A DNA stretch of 32,000 bases from assembly GCF_003367075.2 (NCBI RefSeq), contig NZ_CP065936.1, positions 1,680,001 to 1,712,000 on the forward strand. The letters run 5' to 3'. The translations under genes were made by a program, and so were the position numbers. Of the stretch, positions 1 to 8,334 are shown in pieces. The stretch's first letter is position 1; every line of letters starts with the position of its first letter. The notes beneath the pieces were generated by a model that was not told where the DNA came from, did no database searches, and saw only the letters and a list, made by a program, of their open reading frames with translations. This DNA is from Cylindrospermopsis raciborskii Cr2010. GTDB lineage: Bacteria; Cyanobacteriota; Cyanobacteriia; Cyanobacteriales; Nostocaceae.

Positions 1-177
1 GAAGATTTACCCATACCAGGTTGGAATCTTCCAGATTTACCCGATGATCCTAATTTAATTGCCAAAACTTGGTTGGATTTCTATCACAATACCGAGTCTT
101 TGTCAAGAGATAAATTACAGTCTCTGTTGGATGGTTCCCTGTTACACCGCGACTTGTTGTACCGAGTATTTAATTAG
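1..177 (+). CDS. 3' end of an unidentified protein-coding gene (start lies upstream of the window)
   Basis: Frame +1 is open from base 1 to TAG at 175-177 (58 codons, ...WLDFYHNTESLSRDKLQSLLDGSLLHRDLLYRVFN*). It is missing from the ORF track only because no start codon lies in the window. No family recognised. Confidence 0.4.
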   Translation, partial: EDLPIPGWNLPDLPDDPNLIAKTWLDFYHNTESLSRDKLQSLLDGSLLHRDLLYRVFN

Positions 178-195
178 TATGGTAAGGATGTTAGT

Positions 196-492
196 TTATT
201 TACCTTTAGTTTCTAGATTTTGTACAGCTTGACTAAAACCCAAGACAATTAAAATATTAGCAAGAGTTAAGAATAACTCAGCACTGCCATGAAGCCAGTC
301 TATATTTGCTAGAGCTTCTTGGTAGGCAATCTTGGCGTAAATACCAGCTGGAATGGTAACGCCAACAAATACTAAAGTGCCATAGAATCCATAGAGTGCT
401 AAACGTGGCATTTGTGGACTGCGACTGATAAACCACAAGAAACCCAAATAGGGGAACAAGGAGAGAGCAAATAGAGTTTCTTTTGAGATCAT
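196..492 (-). CDS. small integral membrane protein, DUF3593-like
   Basis: 98-aa ORF with an ATG start and three hydrophobic segments (LFALSLFPYLGFLWFI, LYGFYGTLVFVGVTIPAGIY, LFLTLANILIVLGF). It sits next to a DUF2499/Ycf49-like gene, as is typical in cyanobacteria. Family assignment is from memory of the motif pattern. Confidence 0.7.
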   Translation of the reverse strand: MISKETLFALSLFPYLGFLWFISRSPQMPRLALYGFYGTLVFVGVTIPAGIYAKIAYQEALANIDWLHGSAELFLTLANILIVLGFSQAVQNLETKGK

Positions 493-498
493 GACGGT

Positions 499-825
499 CT
501 ACTCCTTATTTGAGATGTTAAGAACTCCACTGGCTCGAGTAGAACGCCAAACCCACACTGCTGCTGCCCAAAGAGTAAAATTACCTATTAGCGTGGTAGT
601 AGCCTGGAGGGTAACTAACCATTCTAAGGACTGGGGATTATCGAAATAATGCCATGTACAAGCAGATAGGGCGCTAATTAAGGCGGGTATCATAGCTAGG
701 GCAAATCCCCTCCAACTATGGTTTTGGGTCAGTTCGCCATATTTCCAGATGAGGGAAATGGCAACTACCCATTCAATGACACTAGAAATATGGATAATCC
801 AGGTGGGAATTGAAAGAGCGTTCAT
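499..825 (-). CDS. DUF2499 / Ycf49-like membrane protein
   Basis: The ORF track gives 499..882. The internal ATG at 825 (MNALSIPTWIIHISSVIEWVVAISLIWKYGE...) fits the family N-terminus I recall better than the longer form. The protein is multi-pass hydrophobic. Confidence 0.7.
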   Translation of the reverse strand: MNALSIPTWIIHISSVIEWVVAISLIWKYGELTQNHSWRGFALAMIPALISALSACTWHYFDNPQSLEWLVTLQATTTLIGNFTLWAAAVWVWRSTRASGVLNISNKE

Positions 826-984
826 GGGATTATAAATATGGCTTGGGAGAGCTTTGACTATTAAAATCAAGACTGCCCTCATTGCGGACTAACTCATATT
901 TTATATCTACTGTTGGAGGAGCGCCAGTAGAAATTGTTAAACTTTATATTCATGATTTTCAGTTGTCCACTTGAAAAAAATCTC

Positions 985-1013
985 TTGACAAGCCAAAAAT
1001 TGTCTGTTATGAT
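985..1013 (+). promoter_or_regulatory. sigma70-type promoter for tRNA-Ser
   Basis: Perfect -35 TTGACA (985-990), a 17-nt spacer, then -10 TATGAT (1008-1013). It lies about 28 nt upstream of the tRNA 5' end. Confidence 0.5.
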
Positions 1014-1040
1014 TGCTGTATCATAATTTTTAATAGACCT

Positions 1041-1132
1041 GGAGAGGTGGCTGAGTGGTCGAAAGCGGCAGATTGCTAATCTGTTGATGGAATCGTAAGG
1101 TCCATCCGAGGGTTCGAATCCCTCCTTCTCCA
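1041..1132 (+). tRNA. tRNA-Ser (anticodon GCU), class II with long variable arm
   Basis: Acceptor stem GGAGAGG/CTTCTCC (one G-T pair). Anticodon stem-loop is cagat-TTGCTAA-atctg with GCT at the anticodon position. There is a long extra arm (tgatggaatcgtaaggtccatc) and a T arm GAGGG-TTCGAAT-CCCTC. Discriminator is A; no CCA is encoded. Confidence 0.9.
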
Positions 1133-1170
1133 TTTAGCTCAACTAAAATTAACTTATTCACTAACTAGTC

Positions 1171-1944
1171 ATGGAAGTTATCCCAGCAATAGATCTATTA
1201 GAGGGGCGTTGTGTAAGACTCTATAAGGGTGACTATGCACAATCCCAGGTTTACAGCCATAACCCTGTAGAAACCGCTAAAATGTGGGCAGACCAGGGAG
1301 CAACAAGACTACATTTGGTAGATCTAGATGGAGCAAAAGCTGGTAGAGTAGTTAATCTATCTGCTATAGAGGCTATTACCAATGCTGTTTCCATACCTAT
1401 TGAGGTTGGCGGAGGAATACGCGACAGATCCAGCGTTATACAGTTATTTAGTCTTGGGGTACAGTGGGCAATTCTGGGGACTGTAGCAGTAGAGCAACCA
1501 GATTTGGTTCAAGGACTGTGTGAACAATTCCCCCACCAAATTATGGTTGGCATTGATGCGCGGAATGGTCTAGTTGCTATCAGGGGTTGGTTAGAAACTT
1601 CTCAAATTTTGGCCCCCCAACTAGCAACCCAAATGCAGGAATTGGGTGCCGCAGCTATTATTTATACTGATATAAACCGTGATGGTACACTTCAGGGACC
1701 AAACTTGGAAGCATTAAGAGGGTTGACATCTGCCATTTCCATACCCGTGATTGCATCTGGGGGTGTGGGTTCTGTTACTGACCTATTAACCTTATTATCT
1801 TTAGAACATCAGGGGGTTACAGGAGTAATTGTCGGTAAAGCCCTATATACTGGAGATATTAGTTTACCAGAAGCATTGCGGGCTATAGGTCCTGGAAGAA
1901 TTCAGGATATTCCACCCACTTTGGATTTCTCTAGTTTTGCCTGA
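1171..1944 (+). CDS. hisA: 1-(5-phosphoribosyl)-5-[(5-phosphoribosylamino)methylideneamino]imidazole-4-carboxamide isomerase (HisA)
   Basis: 257 aa. The N-terminus [22 protein letters not shown], plus [16 protein letters not shown] and ASGGVGS, are the HisA/HisF (beta/alpha)8 phosphate-binding motifs. Length is typical. Confidence 0.93.
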   Translation: MEVIPAIDLLEGRCVRLYKGDYAQSQVYSHNPVETAKMWADQGATRLHLVDLDGAKAGRVVNLSAIEAITNAVSIPIEVGGGIRDRSSVIQLFSLGVQWAILGTVAVEQPDLVQGLCEQFPHQIMVGIDARNGLVAIRGWLETSQILAPQLATQMQELGAAAIIYTDINRDGTLQGPNLEALRGLTSAISIPVIASGGVGSVTDLLTLLSLEHQGVTGVIVGKALYTGDISLPEALRAIGPGRIQDIPPTLDFSSFA

Positions 1945-1945
1945 A

Positions 1946-2068
1946 CTAAGTAGGGAGACACAATTATTTGTAGGATGAGTTTAATACGAAACCCATGGGG
2001 GTGTTGGGTTTCATACTTCAACCCAACCTACGTTGATCTTATATCTAATTCCACCCACTCACTTAAAA
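1946..2068 (+). mobile_element. MITE-like dispersed repeat, full-length copy
   Basis: Sequence is ctaagtagggagacacaattatttgtaggatgag...ccatgggggtgttgggtttcatacttcaacccaacctacgttgatcttatatctaattccacccactcacttaaa. The same ~120-bp element recurs at 6931, 8207 and 9655, partly at 6388 (reverse), and in the 20.6-21.9 kb tandem array. It has imperfect terminal inverted repeats (TAAGTAGGGAGG / RC TAAGTGAGTGGG) and an internal hairpin GTTGGGTT-N9-AACCCAAC. Confidence 0.6.
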
Positions 2069-2247
2069 GGCACAAATGTGGAAATATTCGACAAAATTTC
2101 TATAAAACAACTATTTGAACTATAATTTAGGCAAATTGTTGTATTGAATACAATAATTCCGTGTTCTCCAATATGTGACCTCAATTTGTGAGGATCATAA
2201 CTAGTTGGAAACCAAGACCAGTACATTCTTACAAACTTTTGTTATCA

Positions 2248-2997
2248 ATGTATACTACTGAATTGCCTAGATACTCCAACAACTCTATTGAACCAGTTAG
2301 TCGCGTTTTAATAGTGGAAGACGAAGAACTGATCCGAGAGATGCTTGTAGTAGCCTTAGAGGGTGAAGGTTATGAAGTTATGACTGCTAAAGATGGTCGT
2401 TGTGCTGTGGAACTAATCAGAAATTTAGAGACCCAACCCGGTGAGTTATCATTCGATCTGCTTGTGCTAGACTTGATGTTGCCACAAATTAACGGGTTAG
2501 ATATTTGTCGTTTATTACGTCACCAAGGTAATTCCATACCGATTTTAATTCTGAGTGCGAAAGGTAGTGAAACTGACCGAGTGCTAGGCTTGGAGGTAGG
2601 GGCGGATGATTATTTAACTAAGCCCTTTAGCGTAAGAGAAATGGTGGCTAGGTGTCGTGCTTTGTTACGTCGTCAGCGGTTTTCCAATTTGCCCTTAATA
2701 CCCACTTTAAAACATAAAGATATCAGTTTGAATCCTCAGGAATGTCGGGTGTTAGTGAGGGGGAGGGAGGTGAGCTTGTCACCGAAAGAATTCCGGTTAC
2801 TAGAATTATTTATGAGTTATGCTCGCAGGGTGTGGTCACGGGAACAGTTATTAGACCAGGTTTGGGGTCCTGATTTTGTCGGTGACAGTAAAACAGTGGA
2901 TGTTCATATTCGATGGCTGAGGGAAAAATTAGAGTTAGACCCTAGCCATCCAGAATATATTGTCACAGTCAGGGGTTTTGGCTATAGATTTGGTTGA
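2248..2997 (+). CDS. OmpR/PhoB-family response regulator (SphR-like, phosphate regulon)
   Basis: Receiver domain (VLIVEDEE..., DLLVLDLMLPQINGLD, ...LSAKG) plus a winged-helix trans_reg_C domain (LSPKEFRLLELF..., TVDVHIRWLREKL, VRGFGYRF). The ORF track starts at GTG 2188; ATG 2248 is more plausible. It is followed by a PhoR-like kinase and PhoU. Confidence 0.9.
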   Translation: MYTTELPRYSNNSIEPVSRVLIVEDEELIREMLVVALEGEGYEVMTAKDGRCAVELIRNLETQPGELSFDLLVLDLMLPQINGLDICRLLRHQGNSIPILILSAKGSETDRVLGLEVGADDYLTKPFSVREMVARCRALLRRQRFSNLPLIPTLKHKDISLNPQECRVLVRGREVSLSPKEFRLLELFMSYARRVWSREQLLDQVWGPDFVGDSKTVDVHIRWLREKLELDPSHPEYIVTVRGFGYRFG

Positions 2998-3363
2998 TTT
3001 CTATATCTCGGCTATTCTGTTTTTGGTTTTCCTATTCCTTTGGGTGGTCGTGGTCTTTTTATTTTAAACCATCCGCTGGATTGGGGTTTTTGGCTCTTCT
3101 CACGGGAGTTATCATTTTGGGAGTTGTCATCTTGATTGGACATAAAATTCGGCGTGGATCAGTTATCTTATCCAGTCTAACCTGTAGCACAGGAATGGTC
3201 ACAGATACCTAGGCGATCGCATTTTCCAAAAGCAGTCCCTACCGGTTATGATTACAGTAATCAGATTACATTAATAATCTAACAATCAAAAAAAGCCGTC
3301 CTATAAAGACCATACTTGCATTCTACCCCTTTAATTCCGGTCAAATAGCACACTTACGATCAA

Positions 3364-4704
3364 ATGTTCTTATTGGGATTTCTTCTGGGTTTGGCAATCG
3401 GTTTTGGTTTTTGGCTTTGGCAACAATTTCAACTTAACAGCCATTTAGAGCAGTTAACCCAACCCTCAAACCCCCACGCTGAAAAGATATTATTGCCCCT
3501 ATTAGCTGGATTACATCGTAAAATATGTACCGTTAGGGATGAACAACAAAACTTACGCTTGTCACTCAAAGCTTATGAACAGTTGCTGAATGCTGCGCCC
3601 TTGGGATATTTACAAGTAGATGAAGAAAATCAACTACTATGGTGTAATCAGTGCGCACGGGAAATGCTACATTTACAAAGATGGCAACCGGGTCAAGTAC
3701 GGTTACTACTGGAATTAGTGAGATCCTATGAACTGGATCAGTTAATTGAACAAACCCGGGATTGGCAAAAACCGCAAATGCAAGAGTGGATTTTTCACCC
3801 TTCCCGAGATCATGGTCAGGGTACCTTAGAATTAAAGCCATTGTCTTTAGCAGCTAACAGTTTTCCTCTACCGGGGGGACAGGTGGGTGTGTTTCTAGAA
3901 AGTCATCAACAATTTGTAGACATTAATCAGCAACGTGACCGTTCTTTTTCAGACCTGGCCCATGAATTGAGAACACCTCTGACTTCCATTCGTCTGGTTG
4001 CAGAAACCCTGCAAACTCGTTTAGATCCTCCTTTGAACCGTTGGGTCATCCGCTTGATGCAAGAAGTTGACAGACTAATTAATTTAGTCCAAAATTGGTT
4101 GGATCTGACCCAGATGGAAATAACCTCCTCCATCCAACTGAATTTGGAAATGCTAGAAGTCCGCTCCCTAATTTTTTCAGTCTGGGAGAATTTAGAGCCC
4201 CTAGCCGCTAACCAGCATCTTAGCATTTCCTACTCCGGTCCAGAAAAGGTCTATATATGTGCTGATAAGTCCCGAATTTATCAAGTGTTTCTTAATCTGT
4301 TAGATAACTGTATTAAATACAGCAACCTCAACGGTACTATTTTTATTGAAATGAATACAGTTTGTGGAGAGAAGTCTATTAATGGAGTTGCTCCAGAGAC
4401 AGGTACAATATCAAACCAAATTTTAGAAATTAACATTATTGATTCCGGGGTTGGATTTGCTCCCGTGGATCTACCCCATGTCTTTCAAAGATTTTATCGG
4501 GGGGACAAAGCTAGACACCGGGAGTCGCGCTCTGAGAATGAAACAGTAGAAATTACTGGTAGTGGTTTAGGTTTATCCATTGTCCGCCAAATAATTATAG
4601 CTCATGGTGGCAAAATCAGGGCCATGAACCATCCTGATACCGGTGGTGCTTGGATACAAATTCATCTTCCCCAGGTGGTTCAACATGATAGCGGATATTT
4701 CTGA
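3364..4704 (+). CDS. sensor histidine kinase, PhoR/SphS-like
   Basis: N-terminal TM helix (MFLLGFLLGLAIGFGFWLW) and a PAS-like region. H-box is FSDLAHELRTPLTSI. N-box is LLDNCIKYS, G1 is DSGVGF and G2 is GSGLGLSIV. It lies between a PhoB-like regulator and phoU. Confidence 0.88.
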   Translation: MFLLGFLLGLAIGFGFWLWQQFQLNSHLEQLTQPSNPHAEKILLPLLAGLHRKICTVRDEQQNLRLSLKAYEQLLNAAPLGYLQVDEENQLLWCNQCAREMLHLQRWQPGQVRLLLELVRSYELDQLIEQTRDWQKPQMQEWIFHPSRDHGQGTLELKPLSLAANSFPLPGGQVGVFLESHQQFVDINQQRDRSFSDLAHELRTPLTSIRLVAETLQTRLDPPLNRWVIRLMQEVDRLINLVQNWLDLTQMEITSSIQLNLEMLEVRSLIFSVWENLEPLAANQHLSISYSGPEKVYICADKSRIYQVFLNLLDNCIKYSNLNGTIFIEMNTVCGEKSINGVAPETGTISNQILEINIIDSGVGFAPVDLPHVFQRFYRGDKARHRESRSENETVEITGSGLGLSIVRQIIIAHGGKIRAMNHPDTGGAWIQIHLPQVVQHDSGYF

Positions 4705-4751
4705 ATCAAGACTATAATAGCTAGAAATATATTAAACCCGAGATTAAAAAT

Positions 4752-5417
4752 ATGAAAGCTGTTGTGAAATATACAATTTTTGAAAAACCTCAGCCTATAC
4801 GTGCCATTAAAAGACTGGAACGAGATGTTTTACGTATGGGTGCTTTAGTAGAGCAGTCCTTCCGTCTGAGTCACCAAGCTCTATTTAATCGAGATTTAAC
4901 AGCAGCTGAGCAAATACGCAGATTAGACAAAAAAATTGATCGCTTCTACAGACAAATAGAAGTCGATTGTGCCACAATTATGAGCAATCAAGCTCCCACA
5001 GACCAAGAATCTCGTTGTTTAAGCTCATTCATGCAATTGGTTAGAGACTTGGAACGTATTGGGGACTATGCCAAAGATTTGGCAGAAATAGCAATGAAAA
5101 TATTTCCCTATCCCCCCCATCCTACTTTGGGAGAGGTTGCCATTATGTCCGATCATGCCCAGTCTATGTTAGCTACCAGCTTGGTAGCTTTAGCGGATTT
5201 GGATGAAATTAGTGGTAGAAGGATTAAATTATTAGATGACACAGTAGATGATGCTTACAAAAAACTATATCGTAATTTGGCGCAGCAGAAAGACGTTCCC
5301 GGGGTAGTGGAGCCCATTCTACTATTAACATTAGCAATTCAGTGTCTAGAGAGAATGGCAGATCATGCTACCAATATTGGTCAAAGGGTAGCATACATTG
5401 TCACAGGTCAAAGGTAA
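4752..5417 (+). CDS. phoU: phosphate signalling regulator PhoU (SphU)
   Basis: 221 aa with two PhoU repeats, each with the E/DxxxD metal-binding signature (LERIGDYAKDLAE and LERMADHATNIGQ). Confidence 0.9.
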   Translation: MKAVVKYTIFEKPQPIRAIKRLERDVLRMGALVEQSFRLSHQALFNRDLTAAEQIRRLDKKIDRFYRQIEVDCATIMSNQAPTDQESRCLSSFMQLVRDLERIGDYAKDLAEIAMKIFPYPPHPTLGEVAIMSDHAQSMLATSLVALADLDEISGRRIKLLDDTVDDAYKKLYRNLAQQKDVPGVVEPILLLTLAIQCLERMADHATNIGQRVAYIVTGQR

Positions 5418-5443
5418 AGTCGGCTGAAAAACGACTGGTTTTG
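5418..5443 (+). terminator. possible intrinsic terminator after phoU
   Basis: AGTCG-gctgaaaaa-CGACT hairpin directly after the phoU stop, followed by GGTTTTG. The stem is short (5 bp). Confidence 0.35.
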
Positions 5444-5536
5444 TCTGTAGTGATGTAGGTTGAGTTTAATAGGAAACCCAACAAACTAATGGGATATAAG
5501 CACTCCCTAATACCCTCTAGCTGCACGATACGGAAG

Positions 5537-6128
5537 CTAATCCAATCCTAAACCATCCAGATATTTATCCAATTGGGTCAAACCCTTGGTTAAGGGATCT
5601 AACTTTTCCCTGCGCACCTTTAACTCTATACCCATCACCACTTTGCCATAGCGTAAACAAATATCCATCCTCCCAGAACCAATGGCATATTCTCGTTCTA
5701 ATGTGCCACCACCATTCACTACCCGATGTAAAAATGCCATTAACACCAAATGGGGAGCAATCTCATGGTAGGGCGCACTTTTGAGTAGTGGTTCTCCATG
5801 TTGTCGCCAAAACTCCAGAAATGCTTCCAATAATTCATGCGGATTCTTGCCATTCATCCAAAATTGCACGTTCAGCCATACCGGGGTCCCGGGAAAAGGG
5901 CGCCCCTACTTCTAAAGAAAGCATGATGGCAGTGTATTCCCCACTATCAGTCAATTCTTGAGCGAGGGCTATCATGGCAGTAGTTTTGCCTACTTGTCTT
6001 GGTGCATGAATGATAAAGTAATTTTCTCCATCAATTAGTGCTTTCAACTCCGGTAAGCGAGCGGTGGGAGAGAGCATATAGTGGATGTTATCTTTACATG
6101 GTCCAGCAGTGTTAAAGTGTTTAGCCAT
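5537..6128 (-). pseudogene. remnant of an AAA-ATPase-like / PD-(D/E)XK family protein (frameshifted, with a large internal deletion)
   Basis: Two overlapping ORFs in different frames (5835..6128 and 5537..5869). The N-part has a Walker A motif (IIHAPRQVGKTT). The C-part has a PD-(D/E)XK-like core (GSGRMDICLRYGKVVMGIELKV). Intact members that I recall are about 400-550 aa, so most of the middle is missing. Confidence 0.7.
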
Positions 6129-6214
6129 GGTGGAGTTTTTAAAAAAATAACCTTAACAACTTTATTCTAAAACCTAATAAAAACGAACTCATAATGGTTG
6201 ACCTTATCCAACAT

Positions 6215-6240
6215 AAAAGAGATGCGATCGCATCTCTTTT
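6215..6240. repeat. 26-bp perfect palindrome centred on a HIP1 site
   Basis: AAAAGAGATGCGATCGCATCTCTTTT is self-complementary over its full length. A-run and T-run flanks give a bidirectional terminator-like shape. Confidence 0.5.
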
Positions 6241-6387
6241 AGATTTAATTTCAGTGGGATAAAGTAGCGAAGCTACTTTATCAGTTGGTAAAGTCCTAAA
6301 ACCTTATGTTAATGTCCTACTTCTCTCCACCCAAGTTTCTTTCCAAAGGAATTACACACTCTTAAATCAAGTTCTTTTGTGCCACCC

Positions 6388-6462
6388 GAGTAAGTGAGTG
6401 GAATTAAGTATAGGATGAACGTAGGTTGGGTTGAAGCATGAAACCCAACACCCCCATAGGTT
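6388..6462 (-). mobile_element. MITE-like repeat, partial copy in reverse orientation
   Basis: The reverse complement reads ctatgggggtgttgggtttcatgcttcaacccaacctacgttcatcctatacttaattccactcacttactcg, which is the 3' two-thirds of the element. Confidence 0.55.
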
Positions 6463-6485
6463 ACCTGTACCACCCACAGTGCGAC

Positions 6486-6749
6486 TTAAAATTGCCAACG
6501 AATTTGACCATTAATATAATTATCGCTGACATTTTGTTTACCCAGCAGGGTTTCATAACCCAAACTAACAGATAAATTATTCACAAACTTAGTTTGCATT
6601 CCCAGTTTTAACCGTAAATAATCGCGGTCGCCAGTATTAATTTTTGTATTCCAAGTTAACCCGGGTTGATTAACAAGTTCAGTGGTAATATTGCGCGACT
6701 CATTAGCAAGTTCATGTTCATAATTAATGCCAAAATACTGAAAAAACAA
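6486..6749 (-). pseudogene. C-terminal fragment of an outer-membrane beta-barrel protein
   Basis: 87 codons ending ...LSVSLGYETLLGKQNVSDNYINGQIRWQF*. It has alternating-hydrophobic beta strands and a terminal aromatic F, typical of OMP barrels. It has only a TTG start immediately after an in-frame TAA, and its 5' end abuts the decayed CRISPR repeat. Confidence 0.5.
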
Positions 6750-6843
6750 AGTGGATTAACATGACTTATGAAGCTCACTCAAGACCATGACTGGGAACCT
6801 ACCCTGCTACAAGAAGTCCACAGTCGCAATACCTATTCCTTCT
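6750..6843 (-). CRISPR. collapsed remnant CRISPR array (5'-truncated repeat, one spacer, one decayed repeat)
   Basis: On the minus strand, agaaggaataggtattgcgac (the last 21 nt of the 36-nt repeat) spans 6843-6823. A 37-nt unique segment spans 6822-6786. Then gtcttgaGTGAGcttcataagtcatgttaatccact spans 6785-6750; it matches repeat positions 1-7 and 9-17, after which it diverges. Confidence 0.6.
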
Positions 6844-6915
6844 AGCAAAATTTCTCTGTTTTTCACCTCCACTACCCTCAAAATAATGGCTGAAACCCTT
6901 ACGCCACAAGGCTGC
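6844..6915 (-). promoter_or_regulatory. second copy of the CRISPR leader core
   Basis: 70/72 nt identical to 16648-16719 when reverse-complemented. It is directly fused to repeat-derived sequence. Confidence 0.6.
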
Positions 6916-6930
6916 AGCGATCGCTATTCC

Positions 6931-7046
6931 TTGTAGGGAGGCACAATTATTTGTAGGATGGGTCGAGTAACCAGACCCGGTGTTGGGTTTCATGCTTCAA
7001 CCCAACCTACGTTCATCTTATATTTAATTCTACTGACCCACTTAAA
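6931..7046 (+). mobile_element. MITE-like dispersed repeat copy
   Basis: ttgtagggaggcacaattatttgtaggatgggtcgagtaaccagacccggtgttgggtttcatgcttcaacccaacctacgttcatcttatatttaattctactgacccacttaaa. It fills the gap between the leader remnant and the stop of the CARF gene. Confidence 0.6.
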
Positions 7047-8153
7047 TTAGTGTAAACCACTATCAAGTTTATCTAAAACAAAATGATTTCCACTCTCAAA
7101 GTGACCAAAGATTCTTTTGGCATCCTGGTCTGACCAAGCGTCTATTTCATGGGTGGAGGGAGGACGGGGATTTCCTTTGAGTGCTTTTAAGTCAAGGGAT
7201 GATACATTATATTTACCTCCTGATTCTAAATTCTTTGCTAACTGGTCTATTCTCTCGTTAATTAATATTAATCTATCCGCTGATATTCCCCTCAGACTAT
7301 CCTCAAACTTAGGTCCATAACTTACCTTTTCGCTGGGTGAAGGATGCAATTTCTCCCCATAAATCTCTTTCTTTGTCCTTCCCCACACCAAATCTCCCCA
7401 GGGAGATAAAGAAACTTCACCTCCTACCCTCATTAATAGGGTTTCTGGTACTCCAATAACGTCAGTAGTTTTCATTTCATTTGCTAGTCTACGAAAAACT
7501 TTAAGATGGTCACGTACGCTGTCTTCTACTACCATTTTCACTGGTAATCTTGGTATGCGCAACAGGTCTTTGGCTGTTTCAAAGATATAAATTGTCTCAT
7601 CTGCATAAAATGTGGCTAGGGTTTGTAAAAATCCCTGCACACTCTTGAATCCCCCAGTTAAGTTAAATATAATCTTATATTGAGATTTTCTATAACCAGG
7701 TATGGTTTTTTCAAAAAACTTTACTATATCTGATAAGGCAATTTGAAAGGAATCAATATCTTTTGTTTGCAGATCCGTCTGTCGGTTTTTATCAACTATA
7801 AAACCTTTTTCTCTTAACCATTGTTCTACTAAGGTTGCTGTCTGTTCCCCTAACCAGGTGTCAGTACAAAGCAAATAGTGAGTGTCTGCTTTCTTCTCTA
7901 ACTTACCATTATAAAGTTTAATAATGCCATTTAGCTCCGCTGACATCTTACCTGCTAACTCAAGATCAGCAGATGCTAGTTTTTCTTCTACTCTCTTGAC
8001 AAGCGATCGCAGTTTCAGGCTATCTTCTAGAGGTATGTCTTCAATGTGTTTTGCGTTAGCATGTTTACTGACTAAACCTCTTTCTTCTTGAGCTGCTTGA
8101 TTGGTCAATAAACTTGTGCCACAGGGTGAGAAAACAAATAAAGGATTTTCCAT
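7047..8153 (-). CDS. CARF-domain protein of the APE2256 type with a C-terminal RelE/ParE-like toxin-fold domain (Cami1-like candidate)
   Basis: The N-terminus FVFSPCGTSLLTN, SAELNGI, LLCTDT and FNLTGGFKSVQG match the APE2256-family CARF pattern I recall. The C-terminal ~50 aa (LKALKGNPRPPSTHEIDAWSDQDAKRIFGHFESGNHFVLDKLDSGLH) follow the RelE-type pattern (LKG..., basic-R-I-F/Y strand, terminal GxH). The ORF track starts at TTG 8159; ATG 8153 is likelier. Confidence 0.75.
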   Translation of the reverse strand: MENPLFVFSPCGTSLLTNQAAQEERGLVSKHANAKHIEDIPLEDSLKLRSLVKRVEEKLASADLELAGKMSAELNGIIKLYNGKLEKKADTHYLLCTDTWLGEQTATLVEQWLREKGFIVDKNRQTDLQTKDIDSFQIALSDIVKFFEKTIPGYRKSQYKIIFNLTGGFKSVQGFLQTLATFYADETIYIFETAKDLLRIPRLPVKMVVEDSVRDHLKVFRRLANEMKTTDVIGVPETLLMRVGGEVSLSPWGDLVWGRTKKEIYGEKLHPSPSEKVSYGPKFEDSLRGISADRLILINERIDQLAKNLESGGKYNVSSLDLKALKGNPRPPSTHEIDAWSDQDAKRIFGHFESGNHFVLDKLDSGLH

Positions 8154-8206
8154 GATCAAGGTTTCTGGTTACAAGGGATAATTTTATAGTTTGAGGGATA
8201 GGGGAG

Positions 8207-8326
8207 GTAAGTAGGGAGGCACAATTTGTAGGATGGGTCGAGTAACCAGACCCATGGGAATGTTGGGTTTCATGCTTCAACCCAACCTACGTTTATCTTA
8301 TATTTAATTCGACTCACTCACTTAAA
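8207..8326 (+). mobile_element. MITE-like dispersed repeat copy
   Basis: gtaagtagggaggcacaatttgtaggatgggtcgagtaaccagacccatgggaatgttgggtttcatgcttcaacccaacctacgtttatcttatatttaattcgactcactcacttaaa. It occupies the csx1 / CARF-RelE-like intergenic gap. Confidence 0.6.
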
Positions 8327-8334
8327 CAAGTTTG

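Noticed and set aside
894-1133. 79-aa minus-strand ORF
   Set aside because: It runs antisense through the tRNA-Ser gene and its promoter. It has low-complexity composition and no family resemblance.
2994-3212. 72-aa hydrophobic ORF overlapping the response-regulator stop
   Set aside because: It has only a TTG start, no ribosome-binding site and an odd composition (W/F/S-rich). It could be a small membrane peptide, but nothing supports that.
3566-4226. Minus-strand ORFs 3566..3841 and 3927..4226
   Set aside because: They lie antisense inside the well-supported histidine kinase gene.
6799-6993. 64-aa ORF sharing the peptide KGFSHYFEGSGGEKQRNFA with ORF 16552..16800
   Set aside because: The shared peptide is a by-product of the duplicated 72-nt CRISPR leader core. 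The rest of the ORF reads through a MITE copy and a CRISPR repeat fragment.
8065-8280. 71-aa ORF containing GSGYSTHPTN
   Set aside because: It is a translation of the MITE-like repeat. The same peptide appears wherever the element occurs.
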